A stretch of DNA of 64,000 bases from Octopus sinensis (GCF_006345805.1 NC_042998.1:152520001-152584000), one strand, 5' to 3'. Counted from the first letter of the stretch, positions 22,207 through 35,460 are shown. Made by a program: numbers and translations. The notes: generated by a model not told the origin, from the letters alone.

Positions 22207-22564
22207 ATTCTTTTATTTGTTTCAGTCATCTGACTGTGGCCATGCTGGAACACTGCCTTTAGTTGAGCAAATCGACCCCAGGACTTACTCTTTATAAACC
22301 TAATACTTATTCTATCGGTCCCTTTTGCTGAACCGCTATGTTATGAGAATGTAAATATATTAGCATCAGTTATCAAGCGATGGGGGGGGGGGGCAAACAC
22401 AGACACACAAACATATATATGTATGTATATGATGAACTTCTTTCAGTTTCCATCTACCAAATCCACTCACAAGGCTTTTGTTGGCTCAAGGCTATAGTAG
22501 AAGACACTTGCCCAAAGTGCCACGCAGTGGGACTGAACCTGGAACTATGTGATTGGTAAGCAAG
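22207..22564 (-). mobile_element. tRNA-SINE, near full length
   Basis: Collinear reverse complement of the SINE at 35729-36150 (head, gggcaagtgtcttctactatagcc core, internal microsatellite, CR1-type tail). Confidence 0.9.
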
Positions 22565-22581
22565 ATGTATAGATGTATGTA

Positions 22582-23000
22582 CAGTATCTCACAAATATGT
22601 ACACCCCTAAAAAATTTCAGTAAAATTGCCATTACTCTAATATCAAAGGAAATCAAATGAAATTTATGCTGAATAAAATATATTATATATGCAAACTTTA
22701 TACAAATTTGGAACACAAAACAACCATTTTCAAAGATATGAATGAAATATTAATTTTCAAATGATACAAAAATATGTACACCCTAAAGGATTATTTGCTA
22801 TATTCAATAATTAGTGTGACCGACCTTGCTTTCAATGACTGCATTAAGTCTTCTGGGCATAGAGTCAACTAAATTTCCGCACATAACCAACTAACTTAAA
22901 AGCCACCCTATCAGGTTGTTTTTAAGTTAATGTATAGGTTTTAAGCAACTGACCCCAAATGGGAAGATCTGCAAATGGATCTCTGACTTGTTTTGGAGAA
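22582..23000 (-). mobile_element. Tc1-like transposon 3' fragment
   Basis: TA|CAGTATCTCACAAATATGTACACCCC terminus with an internal direct repeat aaatatgtacaccc. Minus strand at ~22810-22890 translates LCGNLVDSMPRRLNAVIESKVGHTNY*, the Tc1 C-terminal motif. Confidence 0.8.
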
Positions 23001-23363
23001 TTTGTTGCAGTTGCTTCCTACAGAGTCATATCCCAATGATGATCATATTCATCACAAAAAATTGTGTAAACGAAATTTCCAGAAACAATCACAGTAATGA
23101 AAACATCAGAATCCCAAATTTCAGGATTGCAGGTCCGAATTCAGCTGGGAATCTTTTAAATTTATTCATGGAGTTAGCCATTAGATTATAAAAGTTACCA
23201 TACAAAAGAATTTGTCGCAAAGTGTCACATAAAAAAATCGCTGAAAACAATTACAGTAATGAAAATTTGGGAATCCAAAATTTCAGGATTGTGCTTCCAA
23301 TAGAAAGGATTTATTTAAATTGAAAAAGTGTGACACACTGACATTCACATTTATTATATTAGA
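23000..23363 (-). mobile_element. Possible non-autonomous Helitron 5' portion
   Basis: Minus strand begins A|TCTAATATAATAAATGTGAATGTCAGTGTGTC. Internal direct repeat acagtaatgaaaa...aatttcaggattg occurs twice. Confidence 0.4.
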
Positions 23364-23842
23364 TATGTTTAATTTTGGGAAATCTTTATTTCAATTAAAG
23401 TGTATTTTATGTGTGTGTGTGTGTGTATGTAGTAAACAAAGCAAAAAATAAAACAAAAATGATAGTGTTCAGTATGTCGGTGACAGGAATTTCTGTCAAA
23501 GAGACATGGTTAAACAAAGTTGTACACCTTTCTCTCACACACCCACTATCTCTCTTTTATTATTACTTCCACTGCTACGTTCAACACTACTACTTGTAAT
23601 AAAACATCATCAGCTCTCCTTAAATTTCTGACTTTCTTTCTCTCCCTCTCTTCATTTCTCTCTCTCTTCGCCATCACCCTCACCATCTCTATGCCTACTA
23701 TTACTCTCACCCCATCATGAGGAATAGTAGGAGTGTCGTATGTATATATATATATGTACATGTATACTTTTGTGTTTCAGCCAGTGGCTGTGGTCATGCT
23801 GGAGCACCACTATATATATATGTGTGTGTATATGTATGTGTG

Positions 23843-25830
23843 TGATGATGATGATGATGGCAATCCCTCATGGTCGAGGATGATGGTCTTCGCGCAAATT
23901 TACTGGGTGAGTCCGTAGGTGACCGATAAGACCAATTCTTGCTTGAAAAGATCGGTCGCAGTGCAGACATCTAGTGCTGGAAGGGAGAGTCGCACATGGT
24001 TGTTGTTGGCGCTCCTTCCATCGTCGTCTTTTCTCCTCCAGCTCTGCAGACCTTTTCAACTCGAAAGCCGCCGTTCCCTCATGGATGGTGGTTTTCCAGA
24101 GTGATCTGTTTTTTGCCGTTTCCTCCCAGTTAGTGAAGTCGATGTCACACTTTTTGAGGTTCGTTTTCAGGGAGTCCTTGTAGCGTTTATTCTGGCCTCC
24201 TTTTGTACGCTTGCCGTCTTTGAGTTGGGAGTAGAAGATCTGTTTGGGAAGTCGTTCGTCAGTCATTCTAACCACGTGGCCACTCCATCTTGGCCTTTGA
24301 TGACATAGACTTCGATGCTGGTCATTTTTGCTTCTTGTAGCACGCTGACGTTAGTTCTTCTGTCTTCCCAGCTGATGTTAAGGATCTTCCGAAGACAGCG
24401 TTGGTGAAATTTCTCGAGCGTTTTCAGGTGGTGACTATACGGGATCCAGGTTTCGGATGCGTAAAGGAGGGTTGGAATAATGACTGCCCTGTTTGGTTTC
24501 GGTTTGGATGTCCCGATCAGCAAAAACTCTTGTTCGAAGCTTGCCGAAAGCTGTTCCTGCACACTTCAGACGGTGTTGGATTTCATCGCTGAGGTCTACC
24601 TTTGCTGACAGATGGCTCCCAAGGTAGCAGAAATGGTTCACATTTTCCAGTGGAATTCCTTCGAGTTGAAACGATGGCGGGTTGTCAACACGGGCATCGG
24701 GAGGAGGTTGGTAGAGTAAGTGAGTCTTCTTGATGTTGATGCTCAGTCCAAGTTTAGTATATGCATGATGAAAAGCATTTAGGATCTGTTGGAGGTGATC
24801 CTCTCTGTAAGCTGCTACACTGTTGTCGTCGGCATATTGGAACTCTAGCAAGCTTCGCGCTATTGTCTTTGACGTACTTTTGAGGCGAGTGAGGTTGAAA
24901 AGGTCATCTCGTATGATATGCAACACTTGCGATAAAGATGGTAAAGAGAGTTGGCGCTATCACGCAGCCTTGCTTCACTCTGGAGGTGACTTTAAAGGGC
25001 TCAGAACTGCCTCCATCGGTCTGGACTCTGGCGTGCATATTGTCATGGAGGAGTTTGAGGATCCGGATGAACTTATCTGGGCATCCATACTGGGTGAGAA
25101 TATCCCAGAGGAGCTCGCACAAGACACGATCAAAGGCTTTGGATAGGTCGATAAAGGCCAAATAGAGCGGTTGGTGTTGCTCACGACATTTTTCTTGTAG
25201 CTATCGCAGCGTGAAGATCATGTCGGTTGTGCTTTGTGATGGCCTAAAGCCAGTCTGCGTCTCAGGAAGGATCCTCTCTGACAGTGTTTTGAGGTGGTTG
25301 TTCAGGATGCGTGCAAGAATCTTCCCAGCAGTTGCTAATAAGGAAATACCCCGGTAATTTCCACACTCAGAACAATCTCCCTTTCGTTTGTAAATGTTAA
25401 TGATGTTAGCATCCCTGAAGTCGGATGGTACAACTTCATTTGTCCAGATTTTGACCAAGAGTTGGTGGAGCTGGTGTTGGACAAAATCACCTCCCAGTTT
25501 GTAGATCTCAGCTGGGATTCTGTCAGGACCCGCGGCTTTGTTGTTCTTCATCGCTGTGATAGCAATTTTGACCTCTTCGAGGGATGGAATTCGAGCGAGA
25601 GAGTAATCTTTGGCTTCTTTAGGAATCATGTCAAGTATGCTTTTGTCAATGGTAGCCTTGTGATTGAGGAGGTCATCGAAGTGTTCTCTCCATCTGTCTC
25701 CTATTTTGGTGTTGCTTTTCAGGATGGTCACTCCGTCTTTACTCTTCAGAGGAGCCTGTCCATGTGTGGAAGGTCCGTATATTTCTTTCGTGGCTTTGAA
25801 AAACCCTCTGGTGTTGTTTACATCTGCTAG
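23843..25830 (-). mobile_element. RTE-BovB-like LINE, 5'-truncated, with (CAT)n tail
   Basis: Minus ORFs RWREHFDDLLN...KAAGPDRIPAE...GNYRGISLL...GFRP..STTDMIFTLR, AFIDLSKAFDRV...VKQGCVIAPTLF, LFNLTRLKS...QYADD...FCYLGS, and RLPKQIFYSQLKDGKR..GGQ.KRYKDSLK...C.HC.R.F.ARIGL.GH.RTH. A few frameshifts. Confidence 0.95.
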
Positions 25831-25850
25831 CTGCTGGATTTCACGAGATT

Positions 25851-25916
<66 letters not shown>

Positions 25917-25918
25917 TT

Positions 25919-28035
25919 GATCTAATCTAATTTCAGCTCATGAGCTGTGGCCATGCTGGGGCACCACCAGTTGGTGTTGCTATGTAATTTCACTTCACTA
26001 ATTCTTTTTAGAAATTGACATTTGGTGCATGAGGGAGTTTGATGTCGCTGCCCTCACCTGCATCTCCTGCTGTGAAGTTGGTTCATCTGGGACACTTGAC
26101 AGTAAGAGGTTCAGTTTTGTTTTGAAAATACCTACATCCACCTCATGCAGGTCTCTCAAGTCCTTTGGGAGGATATTGAAGGGTTGTGGTCTCCTAAAGC
26201 CCAGGCTGTTGCAGTATCTTGTCCTATATCTTGATGGCAAATTTGGAGTCCTTGGCACTATGCAGTGGCACCCTGTTCTAGTATTAGTGTAACTCTCGAT
26301 GCCAAAGTTTGGGACAAGTCCCTCCAGGATCTTCCAGATGTATATTATGGCATATCCTTTTCACCTATGCTCTAAGGAGTAGAGTCTTAATCTCTTGAGT
26401 TTTTCCCAGTAGCTTATCTGCTGCACAAAGACTATCTTCTTCATGTAGCTTCGTTGGATTGCCTCAAGATCTGCAATTAATTTTACACTGGTTGGTGACC
26501 ATAGCTGGGAACAATAGTCAAACTAGCTTAGGACAAGTGTCCTCCATCTCTTGTTCTAAAAGTTCTAAGAATCCATCCGGTCAGCCACCTGCATTTCATT
26601 GCTAACTTAGCAACAAGGATGCATCATTACTCCTGTAAATACCCAGGTCTCGCACTGACTGTGTCTCTGGGATTGCAATCCCTCCAGGTCTAATGTATTT
26701 AATTGGCATTGCATTTAGTTTTGCATGCTGATAACACAAGGGTTGAAGCCTTTCAGCAGTAAACTGCATGCTATTCTTTTCATCCAACTCACATTGCAGG
26801 TGCATAGTGTCTTCAGGGTTCTGTATTACCTGTGAGACTTTTGTATCATCTGCATAACTTGTGATCATGGCTCTCTGTGTGGCTGAGGGCATGTCTGACC
26901 TATATCTTTCAGAAAGTCATGAAGCCATTCTTCCAATTTCTCAACTATGCCGAGATCATGCAGTTTGTGACATTTCGTTCCATGATCAACTTTATTGAAG
27001 GCCTTTGCTAAGTCAAGATATATCACTTCCACATTTGAGTGGTTGACTAGCTGTTTCAACACCTAGTCATAGTGTTGTAAGAGATTAAGTCAGGCAGCTT
27101 CTTCCTGGTCAGAAACCATGTTGTGTGTCAGTCAGCAAGTCATTTTTTTCAAGGAAGGTGATTAGTTTTCTTCTGAGTATTCGTTCCATGACTTTGCTGA
27201 TGCACGAGGTCAGAGAGATAGGTCTGTAGTTTTTGGCCTCTGCTCTGCTACCTCCTTTATGAATAGGGCATATTTTACCCTCCTTCAGCTTGCTTGGAAG
27301 TTTCTCAGTTACAAGGAAGGAGGGACAGCAGTGGTTTTGCTAGGACTCGCTTACATGCTTTTAGAAGGATTGCTGTGAATCCATCAGGACCAGTAGCTGA
27401 GTTCAGGTTCATTTCATCTGTATCCCTTATTACATCATCTTTTATATTGATGTAATCAATCATCACTGCCTCTGATTTTATATCTGCAGTGGTAAAAGAG
27501 TCAGTTGGATTGCAAGTTTACTAGGGGGTGGGGTGAAAACACTTTTGAATTGCTCATTTAATATTTCACTTATGCTCATTGGGTTTCCTGTGAGTGAACC
27601 AACTTTTTCAAGGAGTGGCCCTACCTTGCTGTTTCTTAGGCAAATTTGCAGAAAGCTCTGGGGTTAGATTTCATATTGTCTATAGCTCAGGCTTCTTTGT
27701 ATGCTCTTTCTTTTTCATGGGAGAGTTGCAGATTTTTTTCAATCTCCAGTAGTTGTATTTTCAGGGGGGGATTTCTCACTGCTTTCAATTTGTTTAGGCG
27801 ATTTGAAATTTTTGTATGCCATCTCATAAGAATTTTCCTCTCCCTGGAGATTTTGTTCTTGTGTACTGTGGCCTTTCTCACCAGGACACATTTGTAGCAT
27901 ATGGCTTGCATTATAGACATGAATTGTTGAAGTTTCATGTCAATGTCCAGTGAGGAGAAACATTTAGACCAGCTTTGGTTGAGGATCTCTTTCTCTGCAT
28001 TGGCTAGCAAGAATGCCAGAGGCATTTCATCCTCC
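25919..28035 (-). mobile_element. CR1-group LINE, decayed, same subfamily as 37990-39316 and 47290-50405
   Basis: Minus ORFs 27687..28025, 26865..27062 (YLDLAKAFNKVDHG), 26602..26892 (SYADDTKVS) and 25998..26258. The 3' end gctgaaattagattagatc abuts the TA array at 25855-25918. Confidence 0.93.
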
Positions 28036-28194
28036 TTGGGCCTCAGCCAGCTACATGACTAGATGAGATATTTGTTGCCTCACAATATATAGGAAACAAT
28101 GGATAACATTTTCACTAATATTGTAAATAGCTGATGCAACATATGCAATTGAAACAGCATAAAATTAGATACACACATACACTCACACACACAC

Positions 28195-28960
28195 ATCACC
28201 ACCATCATTATAATCATTGTCATTTCTACATCTGTTTTCCATGATGGCATGGGTTGGACGGTCAGACAAGATCCAGTTAGTCTGACATATTTTGCTCCAG
28301 TATCTCAGCTAGATCCCCTTCCTAATGTCAGCCACTTAACAAAGTGTACTGGATGCTTTTTCCATGGCATCAGTACTAATGCAGTCATCTTGTAACTCAC
28401 AACACCGAAGTATTCCCTTATTTGAAAGAGGAGGAGGAAATGGAGTGGTTAGTTTAAGTGTGATGTTGAGAGGAAGGAGTAGGGACAGGTTTGTTGTGGA
28501 GGGATTCATTGCTACTTACAATTTACATAAGTTGAGTGGTGTGACTGAAGTGGTGCCACAAAGCAGGTAAATAAGGTAGTGATGGGTGAGAGGTGAAGGT
28601 AGTGAATAGTAAGCAGGGTTGAGCTGAGTAATAATAAATATGTGTAGAGAACATTGATAAGAATGAAGGGGTGGTGTGCGATGTCAGTTGAAAGTAGTTA
28701 AGAGGAAATGGAGTGGTGACTAATAATACAGAGATGGTGATATGAAATTGTTTGTTGTAAGAGTTACTAATTTCATTACTTACAACCGCAAAATAATACA
28801 GGAGAGTTATGGAGGGTTTGACTGAATGAAAGATGAGGGATGAAGAAGATTGTTAGAGTGTAGTGGGGGGAGAGTAGTAGTGTGTTAGTGAAGCAAAAGC
28901 AGTGACACATATGTAATAGTGGGTTACATGCATTTAGATTTCTAACTGCAGTCAACAACA
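28195..28960 (-). mobile_element. Heavily decayed RTE 3' region; similar remnants at ~29790-29850 and ~30150-30480
   Basis: catgatggcatgggttggac...gctagatccccttcctaatgtcagccacttaac matches the RTE tail, followed by a purine-rich UTR-like segment. Confidence 0.55.
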
Positions 28961-30942
28961 GCAGAGATAGGAATGAACTCTTTCTTAGCCTGACACTATA
29001 CAATAGTTTAAGGAGTCAATAACTGTTATGGAGTATTTTCTTTCTTTATCTTTGTAGTTCTTTTATTATATTAGAAAATGGTGGTAAAGAGTTTGACATG
29101 ATGCAGGTCAAAGGCCAGAGGTCTATTTAACACTCCTTCTCTGTCTGGCTATAAATAATATATCTGTCTGTCTGTGTCTGTAACAGTCAGTTGGTGTGTG
29201 AACTGCAAGTGGTTTTTAAGCAGTTCATGTATTGTTCCACAAAAAGTTTGCCTTTATTCTAAACTTTATCTAACATTTCCACATTTAACTTCCTTCTCAC
29301 TTTGTCCTTGATAAACATAGCCTATTTTGTCGCTGTTAATTATTTTTCCTTCTTTCTTTTTATTAAAATTTCTTATCCCCATCTCAATTTGCCATACATT
29401 CAGTAATATAACTATTGATTATTCAATTTTTAATGAAATGGAGTCCTGAAACTAATATTTGTATATTTTTAATTGATTCCTTATTTTAGTTTAATGTTGT
29501 GACTTCTAATACCATTTAGTGAACTTTGAAAATTTATGGTACTAATTCTTTTGATACCAACCTACTGTATCTAGTCATATGCTGCCAAGCTGTGTTTAAA
29601 GTATTTCAATTTAAACTTTCTGCTGTAATTTCATTTATATTCCAAACACCAGCTTGATAATGGAAATTTCAATTATCTTAATAACCATCACCTTGCAAAC
29701 TTTTTATCATATTCAAAATTAATCAAAGCTTGAAGACAGAGCATTTCAAAGCATTTGAGTGGAATCTTCTCTCTCTGACCATTTTCTATAATGATCACTT
29801 CTTCAGTCCAACCCATGTCAGCATGGAAATATATGTTAAATGATGATGATAATGATGTTCACTTGTTGATTAAACATTATTGATTTAGTTCAATAGGTTT
29901 AACAACTCAGCTGAATTTACAATCAAAAGAGGGTGTGGAATTATTATATACATGAGGTATTGTATAAAGTATTACATATGTAAGATACACAGGTCATGAA
30001 AGAGGAAATGGATGATAGAGAAAATAAAAATTTACAAATCTCTTTTTGTTGGTTGTTTTTCATGATTTTTTTCTTGTAAAATTTGCATTAAAAACATATT
30101 TATACAGTTTTTTTCTTTTTTCAAATTTTGGTGAAATCCTGTTTTAATTTACATGTTCCAATGATGGTATGGGTTGGGTAATTTGAAAGGATCAAATGAG
30201 CCCAAGTACTGCATCATGCACCTCTGTCTGCTTTGGCATTGTTTCTCCAGCTGGGTACCTTTCCTAATGCCAACCACTTTACGGTGTGTACTGTGTGTTT
30301 TTTTTTTACTCTAATTTTGTAGCAGTAGCACCAGATAGGTCACCATATAGCTTGCATGTTTAAGAAACTTGAGAGAGGCAGCTTTATGCTAGATAAAGAG
30401 TTAATGTATGAGAGGAAGGGCCAAGTAGAACAGGTTTCTTGCTATAGAGGTACCACATGACTTGAAGAATACTACCGAGTATTTATACGCATGATGATTC
30501 AACAGTATCCTCTTTTGTAGGGAAAAAGAAACATTATGAAGCATTTAATCTAGGGGTTACGTTAATCTCTTCTTCCAAATTATCCTCACTAATCTAATCA
30601 CTGCCACTAAAAAGAAGTCAGCCAAAATTATGTGAACATCTTTTGTCTCTTATAAATTGTCAAATATTTTTTGGTTACTCACCACACAAAACATTTTTTG
30701 TATTTGTTTCTCACCTTTTACCTCTACATTTTCCAGTCAAATTTACATCTTAAGCTTTACCTATTATATCTGTATGTATATATATATTCTTGTATATATA
30801 TTCTTGACTGAGGATAGAAAGCTTCGAATGACCCGTCCTTGTTTTTTTGTATCGTCTATCTGTATATTTTGTTGTCCCTTTTTGTATCACCTAGTTCTCT
30901 GAATATTTTGCGTTCTTGTCCCATTTTGTGTATGTGTGTGTG

Positions 30943-30982
<40 letters not shown>

Positions 30983-31150
30983 TATTTATTTACATAAGTA
31001 AATATGAAATTGGAAAGGGTAAACAATCGACAAACATCAGCCAGTAGACATTCAATTAAATCTATTTATTAATTGATTACAAACATATGTGTGGATTCAA
31101 GTTAACAAATGAAATAAGTCAATAAATACGTAAACAGATATATATATATA

Positions 31151-31533
31151 TCTCTCTCTATATAAACGGCAGTTTGTCTGTGCCTGTTTCTGTGTGTCTG
31201 TTTGCTTGTACCCTCACCCTGACCACGGCTTTCAACCGATTCTGATGAAACTTGACACACACATAGCCAAATGTCATAATTCAAAACTAACGCAGCGAAA
31301 ATTTTGAAAAGTTCCCCCAGTTCTGAAAAAAATCGATAAATTCGACATGGGGTCGAGAATCGGAAACACAAACCACAAACTGTCTAGGGGACGCAACTCC
31401 ACCTTTTTTAACTCTCAAAAAAATTTACCATCATTTTTTTCCATTTTTTTGCTATTTTTTGGCTATAACTCTCTAAAAATGCTTTATAGTTATTTCCCTT
31501 ACAAACCTGAGCAACGCCGGGCGATACTGCTAG
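31151..31533 (+). mobile_element. Non-autonomous Helitron (383 bp)
   Basis: Begins A|TC(TCTCTCTATATAAACGGCAG...), has a subterminal cctgagcaacgccggg hairpin (31506-31521), and ends CTAG|T. No TSD, inserted between A and T. Confidence 0.85.
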
Positions 31534-31581
31534 TATATAAATAAATGAATAATAGATAAGTGTACAAATACTAAACCCTTA

Positions 31582-32026
31582 CAGCTGTTTCTACCATGAA
31601 GCAGCCAAATCTACATGTTATCCTCATCACGTCAGTGATATACAGGGATGAACAAACATTGGACAGGGATTGGACAATGGCTGAGCCCCAAGGCTTCTTC
31701 AGAGAGACCAAATGTTAGGAAACTAACGTGGGAAAGTAAGATAAAATGATAGATTAGGGTAAAATAAAATAGAAATAATGTAATTAGAAATAGTAAGGAA
31801 TGAAGTTCTTACCATTCTTTACTATTTCTATTACATTTTATTTTACCCTAATCTATTATTTTAACTTACTTTCCCACATGTTAGTTTCCTAACATTTGGA
31901 CTCTCTGAAGAAGCCTTGGGGCTCAACCATTGTCCAATCCCTGACCAATGTTTGTTCATCTCTCTTTATCATTGACGGGATGAGGATATCTTGGAAGATT
32001 TGGCTGCCTCATGATAGAAACAGCTG
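31582..32026. mobile_element. Large imperfect palindromic MITE (~220-bp arms); left end piggyBac-like, right end cut by RTE
   Basis: cagctgtttctaccatgaagcagccaaatct...gagccccaaggcttcttcagagag...gggtaaaataaaa is mirrored by ttttattttaccc...ctctctgaagaagccttggggctc...agatttggctgcctcatgatagaaacagctg. Centre ~31804. Left flank taaaccctta. Confidence 0.8.
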
Positions 32027-32027
32027 C

Positions 32028-33298
32028 TGCAATGCTTGAACGGAGACGTGTAGATTTGTGCTGCATCCAAGAAGTAAAGTGGAGATGAGGTTCTGCTAGG
32101 TTCCTCACAGGCAAAGAACACAGGTACAAGATTTTCTGGGCAGGGAACACTGACGGGATCAGGGGCATAGGTATACTTCTTGCAGAGAAATGGGTTGATA
32201 AGGTAATCGAGGTAGTCAGAGTATGTGACAGAGTACTTAAGATTAGATTAGTGCTTCACCATAGGTTAGCTACCGTTATCTTGGCCTATGCCCCTCAACC
32301 CGGGCTACCGGAGGGGCAGAAAGACCGATTCTATGACACCCTATTGCAGACTACTTCGTTGACGAATGACAGGGACCTTCTCTTTGTGGCTGGTGATTTC
32401 AATGGACATGTTGGATAACATGCCGGGGGATTCCATGGAGGCTATGGTTTTGGTTCCCGCAATGAGGAGGGAACCAGACTGCTGGAGTTCTGCGATGCAA
32501 ATGATCTTATGGTTTGCAATACCAACTTCAGGAAACCCGCCTGTCACCTAGTCACCTGTCATTCTGGCAGACACACTAGCCAAATTAACTACATCATGTT
32601 GAAGATAGGTTTGTGAAAAAGTGCCACACCCTAGATGGAACCTGTGGAAGAGGTAGACCCAGGAAAACCTGGGACAAGGTGGTGAAGCACGACCGTCGAA
32701 CATTAGGCCTCACTGAAGCAATGACTAGTGACCGAGACCTTTGGAAATATGCTGTGTGTGAGAAGACCCGGCAGGACAAGTGAGACCATAACCCGTGGCC
32801 TTTACCAGGGATGTAGCCAGCCCACTTATGCATACCTTTCCTTCTTGGACACAAAATTCTGCTTGCAAAGACCTGTTGAGGCAAGTGATATCAAAATCGA
32901 TCAAAAAATCAATGGAAATTGTAGTTGTGATACCTGTGCTGGTGGCACATAAAAAGCACCATCTGAACGTGGCCATTGCCAGCCTCGCCTGGCACCTGTG
33001 TGGGTGGCACGTAAAAAGCACACAGTGCCGCCTCAACTGACTTCCATGCCTGTGGCACATAAAAAGCACCGACCAATTGTGGCCATTGCCAGCCTCGCCT
33101 GGCACCTGTGCGGGTGGCACGTAAAAGGCACCCACTACACTCACGGAGTGGCTGGCATTAGGAAGGGCATCCAGTTGTAGAAACACTGCCAGATCAGACT
33201 GGAGCCTGGTGCAGCCTCCTGGCTTCCCAGACCCCAGTCAAACCGTCCAACCCATGCTAGCATGGAAAACTGACATTAAACAATGATGATGATGATGA
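32028..33298 (+). mobile_element. Internally deleted RTE: APE domain fused directly to the ORF end and 3' UTR
   Basis: MLERRRVDLCCIQEVKW...AYAPQ.GL...GDFNGHVG...RNEEGTRLLEFCDANDL...NTNF...SQI.Y (32030-32597), then directly the C-terminal KKCHTL...GRPRKTW (32600+), hairpin units and (GAT)n tail. Confidence 0.9.
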
Positions 33299-33867
33299 TA
33301 TATATCTGTATTTATTTCATTTGTTTACTTGAATCACTTATGCATATGTTTGTAATCAATTAATAAATAGATATAATTGAATGTTTACTGGCTGATGTTT
33401 GCCGATTCTTTATTCTCTCCCTTTTCTTATTTGCCTAATAAATCCTGGGTAACTTTCTAATTTACCCGCACCCATACCTAGTATTCAATTGCACTATTGC
33501 CATGTAATGGTAAGCACTTGCTTATGAGTACGTAGGTACATATCCACTAATATATTGGATATTTACTATCCCTTAGATGGTTTCTAGACCTGTATATGTA
33601 TGTATATATATGTGGGTATATGTATCTATACAAAGAAGTCAGCCAAATACATATATGTGTATATGTATAGTTATATATCTTTAAAAATGCGTACATGTAT
33701 ATATATATATATCTTTAAATATATGTATATATGTGGGTATATATATGTATATATATATGTATATTTATATATATGTATATATACATATATGTGTATATAT
33801 ATATATGTATACATATATGTATATATATATGTATACATACATAGTTTTATATATATATATATATATA

Positions 33868-34197
33868 TTGGGACACTCTTTTGTCTTAAAAAATAACTTC
33901 ACCTGCACATCAAAGAATTTACTCTATGCCATAAGGTGTGAAGGGTGCCACAAAGATTACATAGGGCAAATGAATCTTACCCTCAGAGAAAGGATGACAG
34001 TTCACTGCCAAAAATTGAAGGATCCCACCACAAGACAGATACCACTTAGTGGGCACTTAGATATCTGTGCACACAAGTCCCCCAAATTCCTAGTTTTCCC
34101 GCTATACCAATGCCCGGACAACACCACTGACCAAACACAAATAAATAGGGAAGATAATCTTATTCAAAAATACAGACCACAACTCAGCGTACTCTAA
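33868..34197 (+). mobile_element. PLE GIY-YIG endonuclease (C-terminal), Neptune-like
   Basis: [26 protein letters not shown]...LRERMTVH...PLSGHLDICAH...RE..LIQKYRPQL* has the Y-x-I-x-C..C..YIG, R..EH-like, H..C..H and RE motifs. Its 5' end is lost in a TA array. Confidence 0.9.
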
Positions 34198-35460
34198 CAT
34201 ACCCACCCAAAACAAATACACAGAAACACATACAGATATACAAAATCATACACAAAAACAATGCAAACCTCCACCGCAAACACACATATATATATATACA
34301 CACACGCACAAACACAATATCCCCACACACATTCCAAGACAAAACACATATATACACTTGCAATGCAATTCTAACAACTATAACCAACAGTCATACACAG
34401 ATACGTAAACACTACATGCACACCTACACACACCACCCTGACAATTACAAACCACATTCACACAAACACATACACACAAACACGCAAATACAACACAACC
34501 CTCACAGACAATACGCCCGTTCCCCAGTAAAAAATCACACACGCAAAAGAAAAAACACACATATACACACAATACAATCACAACAAATACTCACAAACAC
34601 ACATACCCACAAGCATGCACACACACAAACACACCGACACGTATACATGCACACTGCACTAACAATACAAACAAAACAAATCACAAATACAGCACACACA
34701 CATGTGCATATGCACACCCGGAAACTACATAAACCATACCCACATATATGCACACACACAAACGCATTCTCAGTACCTACATACACAAAACGCACATGCA
34801 CACATATATACACCACCCAGATAAACCTAACACACACAACCCCTGATAAATACAACACACATACACACCCACACATACATATGCACCCTCACACACATAC
34901 AGTTGTTCACATACACACACACACGCACACATCACAGACAAAACAACAGACACACACACTCATGTATACACACATAACATCCCCACCAGCACAAAACACA
35001 CATACATGCTCACAGAAACAGATGCACACACACACACACACACACACACACGAACAAACACATATACACACATGCGCACACACAACACTAACATACCAAT
35101 CATACACATACACACACACCAGCAGGACAATTATAACAACACAAACATACTCAGACAGACACACACACATGTACACACACACTCATGTACATACATAACA
35201 TGCACCCACACACACGAACACATACACATGCGCACACACAACACCCTAACAAATATTAATCACACACATACACACACACACACACACACAAACGTGCACA
35301 CATATACACACCATCCCACCAAATATAAAACACACACAGACCCATTTACACACGCCATGATAAACTCTGGGACCAATCAAAAATGGCTCGCGCACACAAA
35401 CACATGTATATACACACACACACACACACACATAGAAACATGCACAAAGACACACACACT
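34198..35460 (+). repeat. 1.26-kb degenerate (CA)n/(CACATA) low-complexity tract
   Basis: Directly visible. It starts at the GIY-YIG stop codon and ends at the conserved cacaccattctgacctctaagacc block. Confidence 0.95.
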
